NCBI GenBank assembly: GCA_910592345.1
Contig: CAJVPI010000300.1
Coordinates: forward strand, 1 to 36,199
From: Paraglomus brasilianum
Lineage: Eukaryota
DNA: 36,199 bases
Reading direction: 5' to 3'
The position numbers and the translations under genes are program-made. Within the stretch, counting starts at the first letter, position 1, and every line of letters starts with the position of its first letter. The notes below the pieces were generated by a model. That model searched no databases and was not told where the DNA came from. It worked only from the letters and a program-made list of their open reading frames with translations. Positions 9,344 to 22,238 of the stretch are shown piece by piece.

Positions 9344-10010
9344 TTATTGTTCTCTTTCGCACCTCGCGCCTGTTTTCTCTTTGATATAATCCGTCAAGAA
9401 CTGTTCATACTTATCATCTACGCACTCAATAGCTATTGCCGTCGCTTGTCTTGACAGCTCTGAAAGCCACAGTCTCCTCATATCGTTACTATTCGATGCA
9501 ACGTTGCCCGTTTCCGATACACTTTCCCACCTTTCCGAACCCATTCTCTCCCCATTCGATCGCATTCTCTGTATTGCGGCTGTGATGTCTCTCACTGAAA
9601 TGGAGATGTTAGGGTATTTGCATTTCAACAACGAACGTTGGGTGGACGATGAAAGGTTTCCATGAAACGTATAGAACTTTATTTGTTCGAGGATTTGGGG
9701 TGGAATTGCAGTATTGTTTGTGGACGAAGCGGTTGATGCAGATCGATGTTTTGGATGTGAATGAATGGAATTTGTCGCCTGGTGGGAAAGCAAGGATGGA
9801 CGATGGTAACGACCAGGAACAAAGGTGAATTGTGTTTGTGTTGGTGTTTGTGTTTGTGTTGGTGTTGGTGTTTGTGTCTGAGATTGTGCTGTGGCGAAAT
9901 GGGGTGTGGAGGTTGAGGAGCTTGTCGTTGTGTGAGATATGTGATTATGTTGTTGTTGTTGCTGTTGCTGTTGCTGCTGCTGCTGCTGCTGCTGTTGCTG
10001 TTGCTGTTGA

Positions 10011-10060
<50 letters not shown>

Positions 10061-10167
10061 TTGCTGTTGTTGTTGTTGCTGTTGTTTTTGCTGTTGTTGC
10101 GGTTGATGCTGCTGTGATTGCTGCTGTGGTTGCAGTGATTGTTGTTGCAGTGGTTGTTGCAGTGGTT

Positions 10168-10198
<31 letters not shown>

Positions 10199-10232
10199 TT
10201 GTTGTTGCTGTTGTTGTTGATGTTGCTGATGA

Positions 10233-10263
<31 letters not shown>

Positions 10264-11017
10264 TTCGTTGTTGGGATTGAGATGAGGGTTGCTGTGAATT
10301 CTGTATATGTTCTAGTTGCGGATCCAACGGTGGCAAAACATCATCTTCATCATCGATTGCCTGCACAGATTCAACTTCCATCATTACATCATGTGGTTGC
10401 TGTGCCCCCGCCTGTATTTGCTCTAAATTTCTCCCAGCTAAAAGTCCTTGTCTATTCTCATGACGCCCATTCATCCCTCTAACCATCCGTCCTGATCTTC
10501 CAGGCTCTCTTCTACCGTGATCGCCATTCAATTCATGATTATGCTCATTTATAAATGTTGTTACAGTAATATGATGTCCTGTCTTGGGATAACTTAGATT
10601 AATATGCCAACCGCATTCAATTCTCTTCGACTTCCTATTTCGTTGATCGCTCAACGGTGCTTTCTTCTTTGGTGTATATCTTCCACCGTGCTCACAATCA
10701 TACGTGCGTTTTCGAACTAAACCTGCGTCGTCCTTTTCGACCCTTTTTTTGCGGACAACAAAGCCCTGCTGTCGGCCATAGGCCAGCAAAAATTCGTCGA
10801 CAGTTTCCCAGGAGTTGAAGGTCGTGCCGACGGCAAGACCTAGTCCGGGAAATGACGAAACATTTGAGTGAGGTGCTTGTTGTTGAGCTGAAGAAGGTGG
10901 AGCAGAAACCAAAGGGAGGTTTGGCTGATCCCGGAAAGTGGACTTGGTGGTGTATTGAGTAAGGGCGAAGATTGGTTGGTTTACGTCTAAGGACACGTCG
11001 CCTTCGTCGTAGTTCAT
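9344..11017 (-). CDS. FAR1-type (MULE-derived WRKY-GCM1-like zinc finger) DNA-binding protein with a long polyQ tract; probable domesticated transcription factor
   Basis: Single 557 aa ORF containing GTTFNSW...YGRQQGFVVRK...RTYDCEHGG...KSKRIECGWHINL...NEHNH (C-C-H-x-H). No DDE transposase domain follows. Confidence 0.85.
9946..10275 (-). repeat. CAG/CAA trinucleotide repeat encoding a Gln-rich tract of about 110 residues
   Basis: (TGC/TGT)n on the + strand, translated as polyQ in ORF 9344..11017. Confidence 0.95.
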
Positions 11018-11420
11018 TTATTTTTGTTTATTTTTTCTCAGATATTTGATATTAGTACTGGAAATAATATACCAGTGTAATAAAGTATTATAGTTAATTA
11101 GTAAAAATGAAATTATTATATCGTCGCGGGATTTGAGGTGATTGATTGTTATTTAAATGAGGATATTAATAAACCACGTGATTCAAATATGCCTGATTAC
11201 CTGCGGATCATTCCAATATAGGAATCAATCCTCAAATTTTAAAATTATCAAATTTCTTTATTTAACAGTAACTCAGCTGTAATAATAGTAACGCTACACT
11301 CAAATCCGTACTCATAGCGGAGTCACTCCAGCCAATAATAATGATACACCGTTCCAACGCACAAACTTTCTCAAACTTTTCACATTTCGTTTTGCCATCC
11401 ATCCAGCACAATTAACGGAG

Positions 11421-12296
11421 ATGATTATCTACAAAGACATAGTTTCTGGTGAGCATTATCGTAGAGGGGAGGATAGGGTTGAGTGAAGAAGACTCGACAA
11501 ATGAATAAGTAAACTTGGATTATTAATACTCTCAAATATGAAAATAGATGACGAATTTATCTCTGACGCTTATAAGATAAAGGACGTCGATGATTTCTTT
11601 TTTGAAATTGACTGTCAGGTAATGAAATTTACAAGAGGTCTTAGGGGAAAGTTGACACTGTGTATGGCTTAACTAAACCTTTCTATTCTGTACATATATA
11701 TAGATGATAACTGTTAAAGATGGGGTAGATGTTGACATTGGTGCTAACCCTTCTGCTGAAGAACAAGAAGAATCGCTTGAAGAAGGCACAAGACAAGTTA
11801 ACAACGTTATTAATGCATTCGGTTTACAATCGACGAGCTTTGATAAGAAATCATACACGACCTATATCAAAGGCTATTTAAAGAAAATCAAGGCTTATCT
11901 TGAACAAAATAATCCTGAGCGCGCGCCTGTGTTTGAAGAATTGGCAAAAGTCCATGTTAAGAAAATTCTTACGAATTTTAAAGGTATGTTATATGACATG
12001 TCATAATCTGTAAAGGGAGGGGAGGAGCAGAGTAATGATTTGTGCCGTTATAATATTCGGTTTTTGATCATAATAGATTGGGAATTCTATATCGGTGAAA
12101 GCATAGAATTAGATGGCATGGTTGCTTTGTTAAACTATCGTGAAGATGGTATTACACCTTATCTCGTATTGATAAAGGATGGCTTGAAAGAATATAAAGT
12201 GGTAATGTATCGGTGTATGTGGTTGTTTGCGAAATCATATTTTCAGATTGACGATTACCATTAATGTACGTCTTCCCCATTATTTGGTAACAGTGA
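11421..12296 (+). CDS. TMA19: Translationally controlled tumour protein (TCTP), ~168 aa
   Basis: Exons 11421-11448, 11548-11618, 11704-11983, 12077-12201 and 12294-12296. Sequence: [18 protein letters not shown]...[12 protein letters not shown]...[15 protein letters not shown]...EFYIGES...[10 protein letters not shown]...KDGLKEYKV. Confidence 0.95.
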
Positions 12297-12902
12297 TAAA
12301 ATAGGTAAATCCGATTCTCTTACGACAATGCCCGTCGAGAATATAGAAGACTATACGAAAGTGATTTGAAATCAAGTCGTTCCGTACAAACCGGATTATT
12401 TATTAAAGACGGCAATTGGAACATTAAAGAGATATGCGTGTAAACAAGTAATAAAATAATGCTAAATTTGCATAAATAATGTAATGACACAGTCAAATGC
12501 CCGGTTGCCAATGGCCACTTTTTGCAAGTCTTATATCCAATAATGTCCGTAGCACTTCTGGTCTTCTACCAACCTTCAGAAAGGACGCATAAACATCTTT
12601 ACTATTCCACTACTATTATTGGTAGATTTGATAGTAAAGTCAACTTCCTTTCGAGATCAATAAGACAATATTCTAATCGTGCTGTCAGTAGATTTTACAG
12701 CATGGTTCGTTCGTTGCCTAACATCAACTATCAATATTATAACGAATGTATATTACAAGTAAATAGTTGTTGTTCTTGACATTGCTTGGTTTATACATTA
12801 TCGGACGACTCTAATATTATCTATTGTGCAGAATTTATGTTTCTTCATTGACTACAGCTGGTCAGTTATCCACAATATAGAATCCGCCTCTCAATGTTTC
12901 GA

Positions 12903-13964
12903 TTAGTCAATTTTTTTTACTTCTCCTCCATGATAGTAGCAATCAAATTTAACGCTGAACTGTGCCAGTTTAATGTTGAATAATTTCTGTATAAATATGT
13001 ATGAGAGTAAAAAACAACAAGATAAACAATTAACCATTACGTTCAAAGCTACCTCGCTCTCTTCTCCCCATCCAAATTCCCAAAGATACCCAAAATCTTA
13101 CCAACAAATGCGCTTGATTAGCACTCAATTCATTCCCTTTTTGACAGATAGCATAATCTACTGGCAGAATTACAACACCGTCCTTTAAAATAGTTGGCAT
13201 TCCCAGTTTCCTTAGTTGTGGTTCCATGCTATGCGGTATCGGCGCATCTCCCAATATTACCGGTCCCTCTGGAATCACTATTGTCTCAGTCGCAATAAAC
13301 CCAGTACGTGCATAGACCGATTCCGTAAACATCTTTGCATCCGAAAGTACTTTATCTACTGGCATGTCTGTAAATAGCAAACCAACCTCTCCCGTTAAGC
13401 ATTGAGAGATGAGGCGGAGATTGTATTGATATTCTGATTCTGGCGTTGTACCGAGAGCTATAGCCATTACTTTGTTTTTACCCCAGAATATTCTAACGGA
13501 TGAAAGAGAGTATGGAATCAGAATGCGCTTGATTGAAAAGACGAACAAGATATCATGTATGTGATAGCTTAATCGAGATTGTCAATCGAATCATTTCCTC
13601 TTACTAGATGAAACCTTACCTACTCGAGCTCCACTCAGCTCGTACACGTTTTATAGGACCATTTCTCGAACTCTCTGTATGAAATAACCAAATAAACTTA
13701 TAATCATCGACAGCCTTCCTGATCTATTAGCAACGAAAACCAACAGAACCTCGAATCAGATTTTCACAATTATCAATGTGATTCCAAGCGAGAAAAAAAT
13801 TTTTATTACGGTATCAACTAATTGTTCTTTCTGTTCCTTTCCCTTCTTCAAAGTTGCAGTCAAATGAACTATCAACAGTAATTGTTAGTCACTATATAAT
13901 TCTATACAGCACAAGACGCTTGATAAACTAGCGTACCGAGTTTTGCTCTCTTTGATTTGGGCAT
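12903..13964 (-). CDS. MRT4: 60S ribosome assembly factor Mrt4 (uL10/P0 paralogue), ~221 aa
   Basis: Exons 13964-13937, 13868-13810, 13723-13620, 13492-13102 and 12986-12903. Sequence: MPKSKRAKLVHLT...IFWGKNKVMAIALG...GEVGLLFT...HSMEPQLRKLGMPT...QAHLLKLF. Confidence 0.95.
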
Positions 13965-14199
13965 ATTGTGTTCTACTAATTCCTGAAAGTCAATGGGTAG
14001 TTTGGGTAGTTACTAACGCAAGAAATTTTCTCGGATTGTGTAACAAAGATCAAAGAAGTAATTCGGAGAACAATACGTGTGGCGTAAGAATTTTTTGTGT
14101 ATTCGAATTTTAGTATGAGTCAAGGCAATGCTAATGATGTCGTACCATGACACATACACTCTACCTAGATTTCCAATTACATACCCTCTGACATCCTAC

Positions 14200-15319
14200 A
14201 GTAACATTTCTCCACCTAACATTTTAAATAGGCTATGTGTAATCCAAAGTTTTCAATAATAACTCGTAACATGATCCCAGATTCTCCTTTTCTCATCCCT
14301 CAAAACTAGCTATTATGATGAATGAACAAGGCAAATACCAGATCTATTCAGATTTGTGAAAAGTAGGAGAAGCGATCTCTATACAAACAACCTTCTTCGG
14401 ATTGGGAAAGCGTGGGGTGGATTTTGCATAAATGGGAAAACGAATTTGTTTTGCTTTCGACACTAACATTGCTATTGGGACAGCGTTTTTGCGCATGGCA
14501 GTCACCTAGAAGCACCCCCGGTGGCGGTGGCTGGCTGGCGGGTATACACCCGCCCGCCAGCCACAGCCACGGCCACTGTGGATTAGCCACTGTGGCTCCA
14601 GCCGCCGCGTTTTTGGACGGCTGTTCGCGTTGGTTTTGTACCGTTTTTTATTTAAATTGTTTTTTCTATCGAACCGATACTGCTCAAAACCGATAACTCG
14701 CGTGCAATTTATATATTTTATACCGATATTGTTGTGTGACATTCGAATATTAGTATACCCGTCAGATTTTCAATGTCTAATACTAAACAATAATAATAAA
14801 CGAATTCACCAAATTAATGAACTCGATACTAACCATCCAATGAATATTGTAGAATTTGTTTCTTTCGATAATGACATACAGACTCGAGGAATGACGGATG
14901 AAGAAATTGTTGGTTCTGTTCAATCGATGTCTAAAGACACGGAGAGTGACGGCGAGGAAGAGACTGTTTCCATAAAGAACGTGATAGAAAGCTTGGATAA
15001 TGTGTTCAATTTTCTCGTTCATCCGCAGGTTTTAATTGCGATGCAAGTACTGTATCAACAGTACGCTCCTCACGAAAACAAATGCTAACGCACCAATGCT
15101 AGACGGTTTTTTGTTACCAGATATAGTTTGTAATATCATTGAATCTTTTTTTCAATAAAACCGAATATCAAACAAGATGGATAATATCTTGTATAACGAT
15201 ATGTTTTTCGTAACTATTATGTTATCGCTATAAATAGAATTCCTGATATTAACGATAACCCGCTATAACAATGAAAATGTGACCTAACAGAAGTATCGTT
15301 ATATCCAGTTTTGACCGTA
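14200..15319 (+). mobile_element. Degenerate pogo/Tigger (Tc1-mariner) DNA transposon relic with right TIR
   Basis: C-terminal transposase-like fragment EFVSFDNDIQTRGMTDEEIVGSV...DGEEE.VSIKNVIESLDNVFNFL. It ends in ...CGTTATATCCAGTTTTGACCG|TA (reverse complement TA|CGGTCAAAACTGGATATAACG), a pogo-type TIR plus TA. The left boundary is uncertain. Confidence 0.65.
14521..14570. repeat. GC-rich hairpin/palindrome (23 bp arms, 4 nt loop)
   Basis: GTGGCGGTGGCTGGCTGGCGGGT-ATAC-ACCCGCCCGCCAGCCACAGCCAC, with 2 mismatches. Further AGCCAC/GTGGCT units follow. Confidence 0.85.
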
Positions 15320-16384
15320 GATATTTTTGGCGAACGAGTCCCAATAAAACTGTACAATGCCAGAATATTATTGGCCGCTTAAATTTGAACAATCAGTCCC
15401 ATAGAATTACGAATAATCACCTGAATTCAAAACTTCACACGTATATGTGGGCTTTTGCCAGCCTGGGTATTTTTCATTTCACTTGGAACACTGACCAAAC
15501 GTCGTCCCAATAGATACGAAATGTCAAATTTCTTCGTATTATGTTCTTTCATTGTTTTACTTATTCCTACTGTGCTCGGTCGTGCACAAGAGTGCATCGT
15601 CTGTGTGCAGATGATACCTATTTGTAAGTAAGTATATTTCAAGCGCCAGAGCATTTGCTAGATTTTAAATAACTTCTCATAAGCATTTATTCATGCGCTT
15701 CCTTCATGTTCCTTTGTTGTTACAACAGCTGCACAATGTATCAAACGTGCTATATAAGATCGCAAACCTGTAATCAATGTGCCTACGCTGAATGCATCAC
15801 GGAGAGACGATAATACAAATTTATATAAAGTTGATGTATATCCACTTAAAGATTGGTCAGTTTACTTCGATTATTCTGGCTTTTCTTTCTCATATTCAGC
15901 CGTTCTGCGAGCGATTGATAATTATTTCTAGCAATAAAATTGACTTAAACCGAAATTGTCAGCGAGCTAAGCCTCAAGTTATTTAACGATATAAAATTGT
16001 ATTAGTATTATAGAACAATATGTTATTCAATTTGGTGCTTACTCAATGGCTAGCACTGATTCGATTTTGTTCGCGTATTTAATTCTATATGTAATATCTG
16101 AATAAGACTGACTTGTCCAATATGGGTTGTATAGATATTAATATGTATCGCGCACACGACAAGATTGTATGTAGCATTATTCTCATGCCTACATTGTTGA
16201 GATGACACATAAACACGAAATTATGGATTAATTTATTCAGGTAACCCAAAACGCAATACAATACATTGATTGGTGTTTTCTATTTCATATGTTCATTGCA
16301 TGTTACATAAACCTTGCATAAAATAAATACCTCGACATCATTCCCAACAACTGTTTCGATTAATTTAAACACTAACAACTAAAG

Positions 16385-17490
16385 ATGCACAAGCTTGCTT
16401 ATTATCCATTTTTTATTTCTCTCCTCATATTTTCCCTCATATGCTCGGCGAATGCAAATAGAAAAATAACCGTTACCAAGCTTCCGCACATAATTGTAAT
16501 AAATTCTCGATCTACGGATCCTACCACGAATGTCTTTAGCCTGTACAGATTCCGTTTTTCAACAAATTACGTTCCTCACATTCGAATTGAAGGATACAAA
16601 AATGTCAATGATACTGTTTCTGGATTCACCTTTAGAGCTGTTTTGGTGGCATTAGTCGAATATAATGACACTATTGCCGTAAAAGATAGTGACAGTGTGT
16701 TTAGTTATTTTGGAAAAGGGGTCTTGTGGGATGAGATCAAGTTCAATGACGGGAACGATGGTCTAAAGACTCTGAATACTACCCTGACTGCCAATCTGGG
16801 TGGAGCAAATCCTTTCACCACGACAATTAGTCTTTATGCTACAGAGTAAATATTATTATTGACAATTCGAACTTAGTAACAACATTGACAAATATCAATT
16901 ATAAATTCTAGGCGCTTTTTTCTTCAACAAGCTAATTTTATCAACCCATTCCCTCTCCAACCTTTAAATTTCACAGAACCCAAAAGTCAATTAATGGTGC
17001 TACTCTTCTTCCCTCTGATGTTAAATACTCGCTCGCCTTCTCTAACTTTCCATACAAGTATCAAAACTCAAAAATAGCTATTGCCCATATGGTCTTCTCT
17101 GCTTCTGGCTCCAAAAAATCTTTTAATTCAGACGATGCCCAAATAACTGTCTCAAGCAACACGACAGGCGTCGGTCGACTACAGTGGGCGAAAACTATAA
17201 CTGCAGATGGGAAAGATGTGGGAATATCCGCTGAAACAAATGTCCTCTGGAAAGCCGCCCCGCAGTTCACAAATGGAGATCCAACAGATGATGATGCCAT
17301 TGCTTCAGAGGAAGTGGAGACCGTTGTATTCAAATTCGATGCTGTGCAGCCAAAGAGCGTTGTTTGGGATCCGCGGGTTGGTTTTGTTGAGGACTCTAAT
17401 ACAAGCACAAATGTTGCATCGACAGTTGTCAATTATAACGTCTTTATTACTATTATAAGCTCACTCCTTGGATATTATTTACTTATTTAA
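16385..17490 (+). CDS. Secreted or membrane-anchored beta-rich glycoprotein of unknown function (~324 aa, 2 exons)
   Basis: Exons 16385-16845 and 16977-17490 are in frame. It has a hydrophobic signal peptide, several N-x-S/T sites, the motifs ALVEYND, VKYSL..SNFPYK and VVWDPRVG, and a hydrophobic C-terminus (GPI signal or TM helix). Confidence 0.8.
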
Positions 17491-17624
17491 TGCACTCGTT
17501 TATTCGTTTGTTCGTTCATTTGTTGTGTTTATTGACTTAATTATTTACAATTATCCAGTAAATAGACTCATTACAGTAATAAATCAGTTCAGCATATACA
17601 TTATAATCTAATTGTACAAGCGTC

Positions 17625-20600
17625 TCAGCCTTTCCTCAAAGTCCGTCCATGTACCCTAAGCGACGTACGCAATGGTGGAGCAGGCATAGGTTTTATCTTC
17701 TTGGGATTAGGGTCTATTCCGTCATCATCATCCCTATCTCTTTTAATAGTTCCATTATTAGTACTCCCTCCACTACTGACAGGCCTACGCAAGTTAGGCC
17801 TAGATGGTGCAACCGAGACAACCCTCCTTGAATCATCCATGTGCCGCCTCCTACCATTATCTCTGTGCCTCTCTCTCTCCGACTCTCTCTCCCGCATTGA
17901 TCTTTCTTCGCGGCTTCTATCCCTTATTTCACTATCCCGTCTATCATCTCTTACGTCCCGTCTCTCATCCCTCCTCTCATGTCGATCATCACGTCGATCA
18001 TCACGATGGGTTTCTCTCCTTTCGTCTCGTCTCTCTTCTCGTCTTTCATCTCTTCTCTCGTCTCTTCTCTCCTCACGACGGTCGTCACGACGTTCTTCAC
18101 GTTTTTCCCGTTCCTTAAGTTTATCGCGTTCGCGTTCGCGCTCACGTTCCTTCTCGCGTTCACGATCTTTGTGCGACTCTCGATCTTTGCGCTCGATCTT
18201 GGGACGATCACTACGGTCCTTTTCGAACTCTTTATCACGAGGCAGATGATCATTCGGAGGTTTTTTATGGGAATCGTGGTGTTCTTTACGCGGATCTTTG
18301 TCTTTATCGCGATCATAAATGGGATCCACTTTCTCTTTATCGCGATTACTGCGAGGTTTGTCGTTTTTAGGCTTGTCGGGGAGAGGGTGAATCTGCCGAC
18401 GTGGACTTGCTACACGTTCTATGGGTGTATTAGATGCAGACACCCGACTTACACTAGAGGCTTCAATCGGTTTGGAAGATTGAGTAGCGCGTGAATCATT
18501 GCTGAGATTTTTCTGCCCTCTTATTAATATAGCTTTGTATGACGACGCAAGCGTTTTGATGTCTGGTCGAGAATCGGACTCGATTACTTGAATCAACTCA
18601 AGTAGCCTCTGACTATGGTCGCGGCTAGCTGGGAATTGATCACTGATTGCACGGAGAATTTGAATCGCGTTGCGTATTTTAGTCGATTCACTCGATTTCA
18701 AGCACTTCTTAAACGATATCATGAGACGCTTGCGATGGTTCTCGAGTATTCTGACAAATTGATCAAAAGTTGTCGCAGGACCGCCAACATTTTGTAGCCA
18801 TGCTGGTTTGAAATCGGCTTGTCCGATTCCGAGGAGTTTATCTCTGTATCTCCGTTCGTCTTTGCTAATATATGTGAGATATTCCAATATACATGCAAGG
18901 AAGCGACCATAATGTTTCGATTCCTCTTCCGTTAAATTTGGAATAACCTCTGGTAAGCGTTCGTGACTCAAAACTTCAGAGTAGAACAGACGAGCAGTAA
19001 AATTGTCTGCTCCAATCTCTTGAATAAGTTCCAAAAATCGTGCGCAAAATATCGCGTCTTCAGCAGAGAATAATATCCTTGGGAACATGCAATATTGCCA
19101 GAATGTAGCAATCACATCTGAACGATTCTCGGTGAACCATTGACGCTTTTCCTGATTGAGACGCGCTTTTATTCGAGAGACGTGCCTCTCGTGTTCCTCA
19201 CGCATTCCGATCACAATATCTGATTTGAAATTCTTTGCTGTTTCGGTCGCTTTCTGAACAAATGTGCTGTATATGCTTTTTCTATAGGAGATTTCATAGA
19301 GAGATAGTTGCCAAAAAGTAGTGTAAAATCCAGCTGATATTCCTCGCCATACGTGCGAAGGTAAGATTTGCTCGACGTCGCTTATTGTCTCGGTGAGTTC
19401 CTGCTGCCAGACACTAACTGGAGCTTCTTCATCGTCAGTTTGTTTTGGTGTGGACGGTCCTCCTTTTTCGACTATATGTGATAACTTCCTTCGTACGATT
19501 GCAAGTGCCTCTTCTGGATCGATTCCGTGGTCCAAACATAGCTCCTTAACGGTTGGTACAATGGATGAATAGGATTTCGAGTCGATATTCAAACCGAGAA
19601 ATTCTAAATATTGAGTTAATGTTTCCTGGCATTCATCAATGTTATTATTTAACAGCTTCAGGTCGGTATGCTTTTCACCATAAATTATTGCTTTCTTGAG
19701 TTGAGCTAGCGATATTGCTATTGAAATGGCCAAACCGCTATCGACGAGTGCAGTTACCAATCGAGCAGAGCTTCGTCGGATGCTTTTATCTTTGATTTTC
19801 AAATGGATACGCTCTTTACGAAGTGTCTCGTGTGCTCCTAAATATGGCAAGTCATCATCAAGAAGGTCCTTATCGTTTTTAACGCCACTCATTCCTGATA
19901 TAAGTTCACTCAGTACAGGGAGGTCTGGTTCCGTTGGGTTTGAAAGACGGACAGCTACATAGTCAAGGATACTTCTTATATCGAGATTTGAATACCGGCG
20001 AGCCATGTCTCCGCAGAATTCTGCCAGGTCTGGTGGTAGAGTGAAATTATGAAATCAGTATAAAGTATAGCGACTTAAATAACAATTTTTTTACTTACTT
20101 TTAAACCAGTCCTCATAATTCTCTCCGGTCTCTTTCATCTTTTGCTTCTTATTGTTTGTGAAAGCTTCCAATATCAAAAACGTCATGACATCGTAGCTAA
20201 GCGAGGTCAAATATTTGCTTGCCTCCACTAGTGCAGGTATCATATTCTGATACCATTGTATCTGTTCAATGACAACCGCCAACACTGTTACTGGATCACC
20301 ATGCGACGTCTTCCCGATTTCTCTTCCTTTTTCTTTAGCGTTCTGGGACGTAATACGTTTCATCACCTGACGTATTGTTTTCCTAGTCTCCAGACGCTTC
20401 TTGTACACCTTCTTATCGGGATCGTAGACGCTATCTCTCCATTCTTTATATAGCTTGTATCTTATCTCGTATGGAAACGACAACAATACTTCCCAGACAT
20501 CGTCAGCTGTGCCGGGATTCAGTTCACCAACAGTTATACTTGGAAGCAATGCCGTACGAACGGTATCGATCCATGTGGAAACTTTGACCTGCTTATCAGG

Positions 20601-22238
20601 TGAATTGTCTTTTTGTAGGACAATAAGATGTCTCTTTGCAAGTCTTAATAATTTTGTAAATAATAATAAATCTCTTGAAAAGCCGCTTCCTATTAAACGA
20701 ATGTATTCTTGTGTTGACTGAGATAAAATGTCCGTTAAAACAGTCCACTTAGGAAGACCAGACCTCCATGGTTTGTAAGTGAGATAAAAAGTGGTGCCTT
20801 TTACAATATCTTGTTCCTTGGAAGCTTCTTGTCCAATTCGACATTCTCGATTGTAAAGATCATTAATAGCCAAGTGTACTATTGAACATAGTCTATCAGT
20901 TATTGCATCGTCCAATGTCTCTAAATTGTATATCACCAATTTTGCGTGATCAATGTCGCATGTATCCAGCAATGCGCAAGCAAGCTTAATTTCTTGCTCA
21001 TGTTCTTTAGTAACCAAATGTCCATATAAATGTTCTAATTTAATAATACCCTCCCTTATTAATATAGCTGATACCAGATACAACTCTTTTGGCGCAGTCT
21101 CGTCGAAATCCTCGTTCCTATATTGTTTAAATTTATGTCCCAACAAATCTGCAATGTCCGAATTTCCATCTTCACCTATTCCAGTCATCTCCAGGTCCCT
21201 ATCTTCATCGACCGAGATAGGATTCCAATCTGATTCTCGGATGAGATTCAGGAAAAATTCGTACCGATGCGGGGAATGAATAAATAAGTCGAGTATTATG
21301 TCGAGTACTCGAGCGGGATCCAAGGCAAAGTACCCAATAAAGCTGCGGAGGTAATCGAGGATGACAGAAACGCGAGGGGATGTGAGAGAGGCGAGGAGGG
21401 CCAATACTTTACTGTAGCCTTCCGATTCTTCATGAAGAAGGTTGTATTTTTGTTGGCGATACCTAAAAAGTGGTAGAAAAAGATTTAATTGTTGGACCGC
21501 AACGGGAGGGGAGCACTTGTTCCAAAACATTGTTGGAAAAGGTTACTAGTGTAAGAATAAAGGAAATACTTACACCACTTGGGTGTTTATCCTTATAGAC
21601 TTTTGGAAAAATGCTTTCTCAGAATCTATAACTCCTGCGAGTTCGAGGCATCTGAAATCGAGTCTTTTCTTTATAAGCTCAACGGAGAAAAGACCTTTGG
21701 CCTAACAAATTAATAAACAAACAGATGGAGTCAGTTAGAATAGTTAATATCGATGTTAGGCGGTACATAACGCTGCTTTTGCTGTTGTGAGAGAGGCATA
21801 CATCTTGCTATACTCCATTCACCAGCATTCTACTGACAATCTCTATTTTCAACTTATTGGACTCAGTATACACTACACACGACCGAATACTTGAATTTTG
21901 AGTTTTACTTTCCGTATATAATGCTCCAACTACTTTTGACCTATATTCTCACACTGTTTTACTTTCCAAATCCTCCACATTCAGCTTACCTTCACCAAAC
22001 TTACAAAACTTGCCAAATTCTTTCTGGTTGCCTCAAGATCCTTTACGGCCACAGAACCCTCAGCCAATTCGGCATCCAGACACCAAATGATATCAAGGAC
22101 TACACTGCCATTTGACAAGTGAGGTATATGCTCCTTAGTAATCTTTTGGTAAGTTGTCAAACGAGCCTCCGCTGTGTTGTCCGACAGCATATTGACGAGA
22201 GCGTCGCGTATTGACTCTATGTGAATTATGCTCTCCAT
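17625..22238 (-). CDS. THO2: THO complex subunit 2 (Tho2/THOC2), ~1381 aa, 4 exons
   Basis: Exons 22238-21990, 21701-21574, 21462-20099 and 20029-17625 are in frame. Motifs: RINT..YRQQKYNLLHEESEGYSK, IGYFALDPARVLDIILD, QIQWYQNMI...KYLTSLSYDV, FYTTFWQLSLYEI, QYCMFPRILFS.EDAIFCARF and IRNAIQIL, followed by an R/D/E-rich tail. Confidence 0.93.

Noticed and set aside
9832..10482. Poly-Val/Ala and poly-Leu ORFs
   Set aside because: These are antisense readings of the CAG/CAA polyQ tract.
17649..18494. Several overlapping Ser/Arg/Leu-rich ORFs
   Set aside because: These are shadows of the low-complexity R/D/E tail of THO2.
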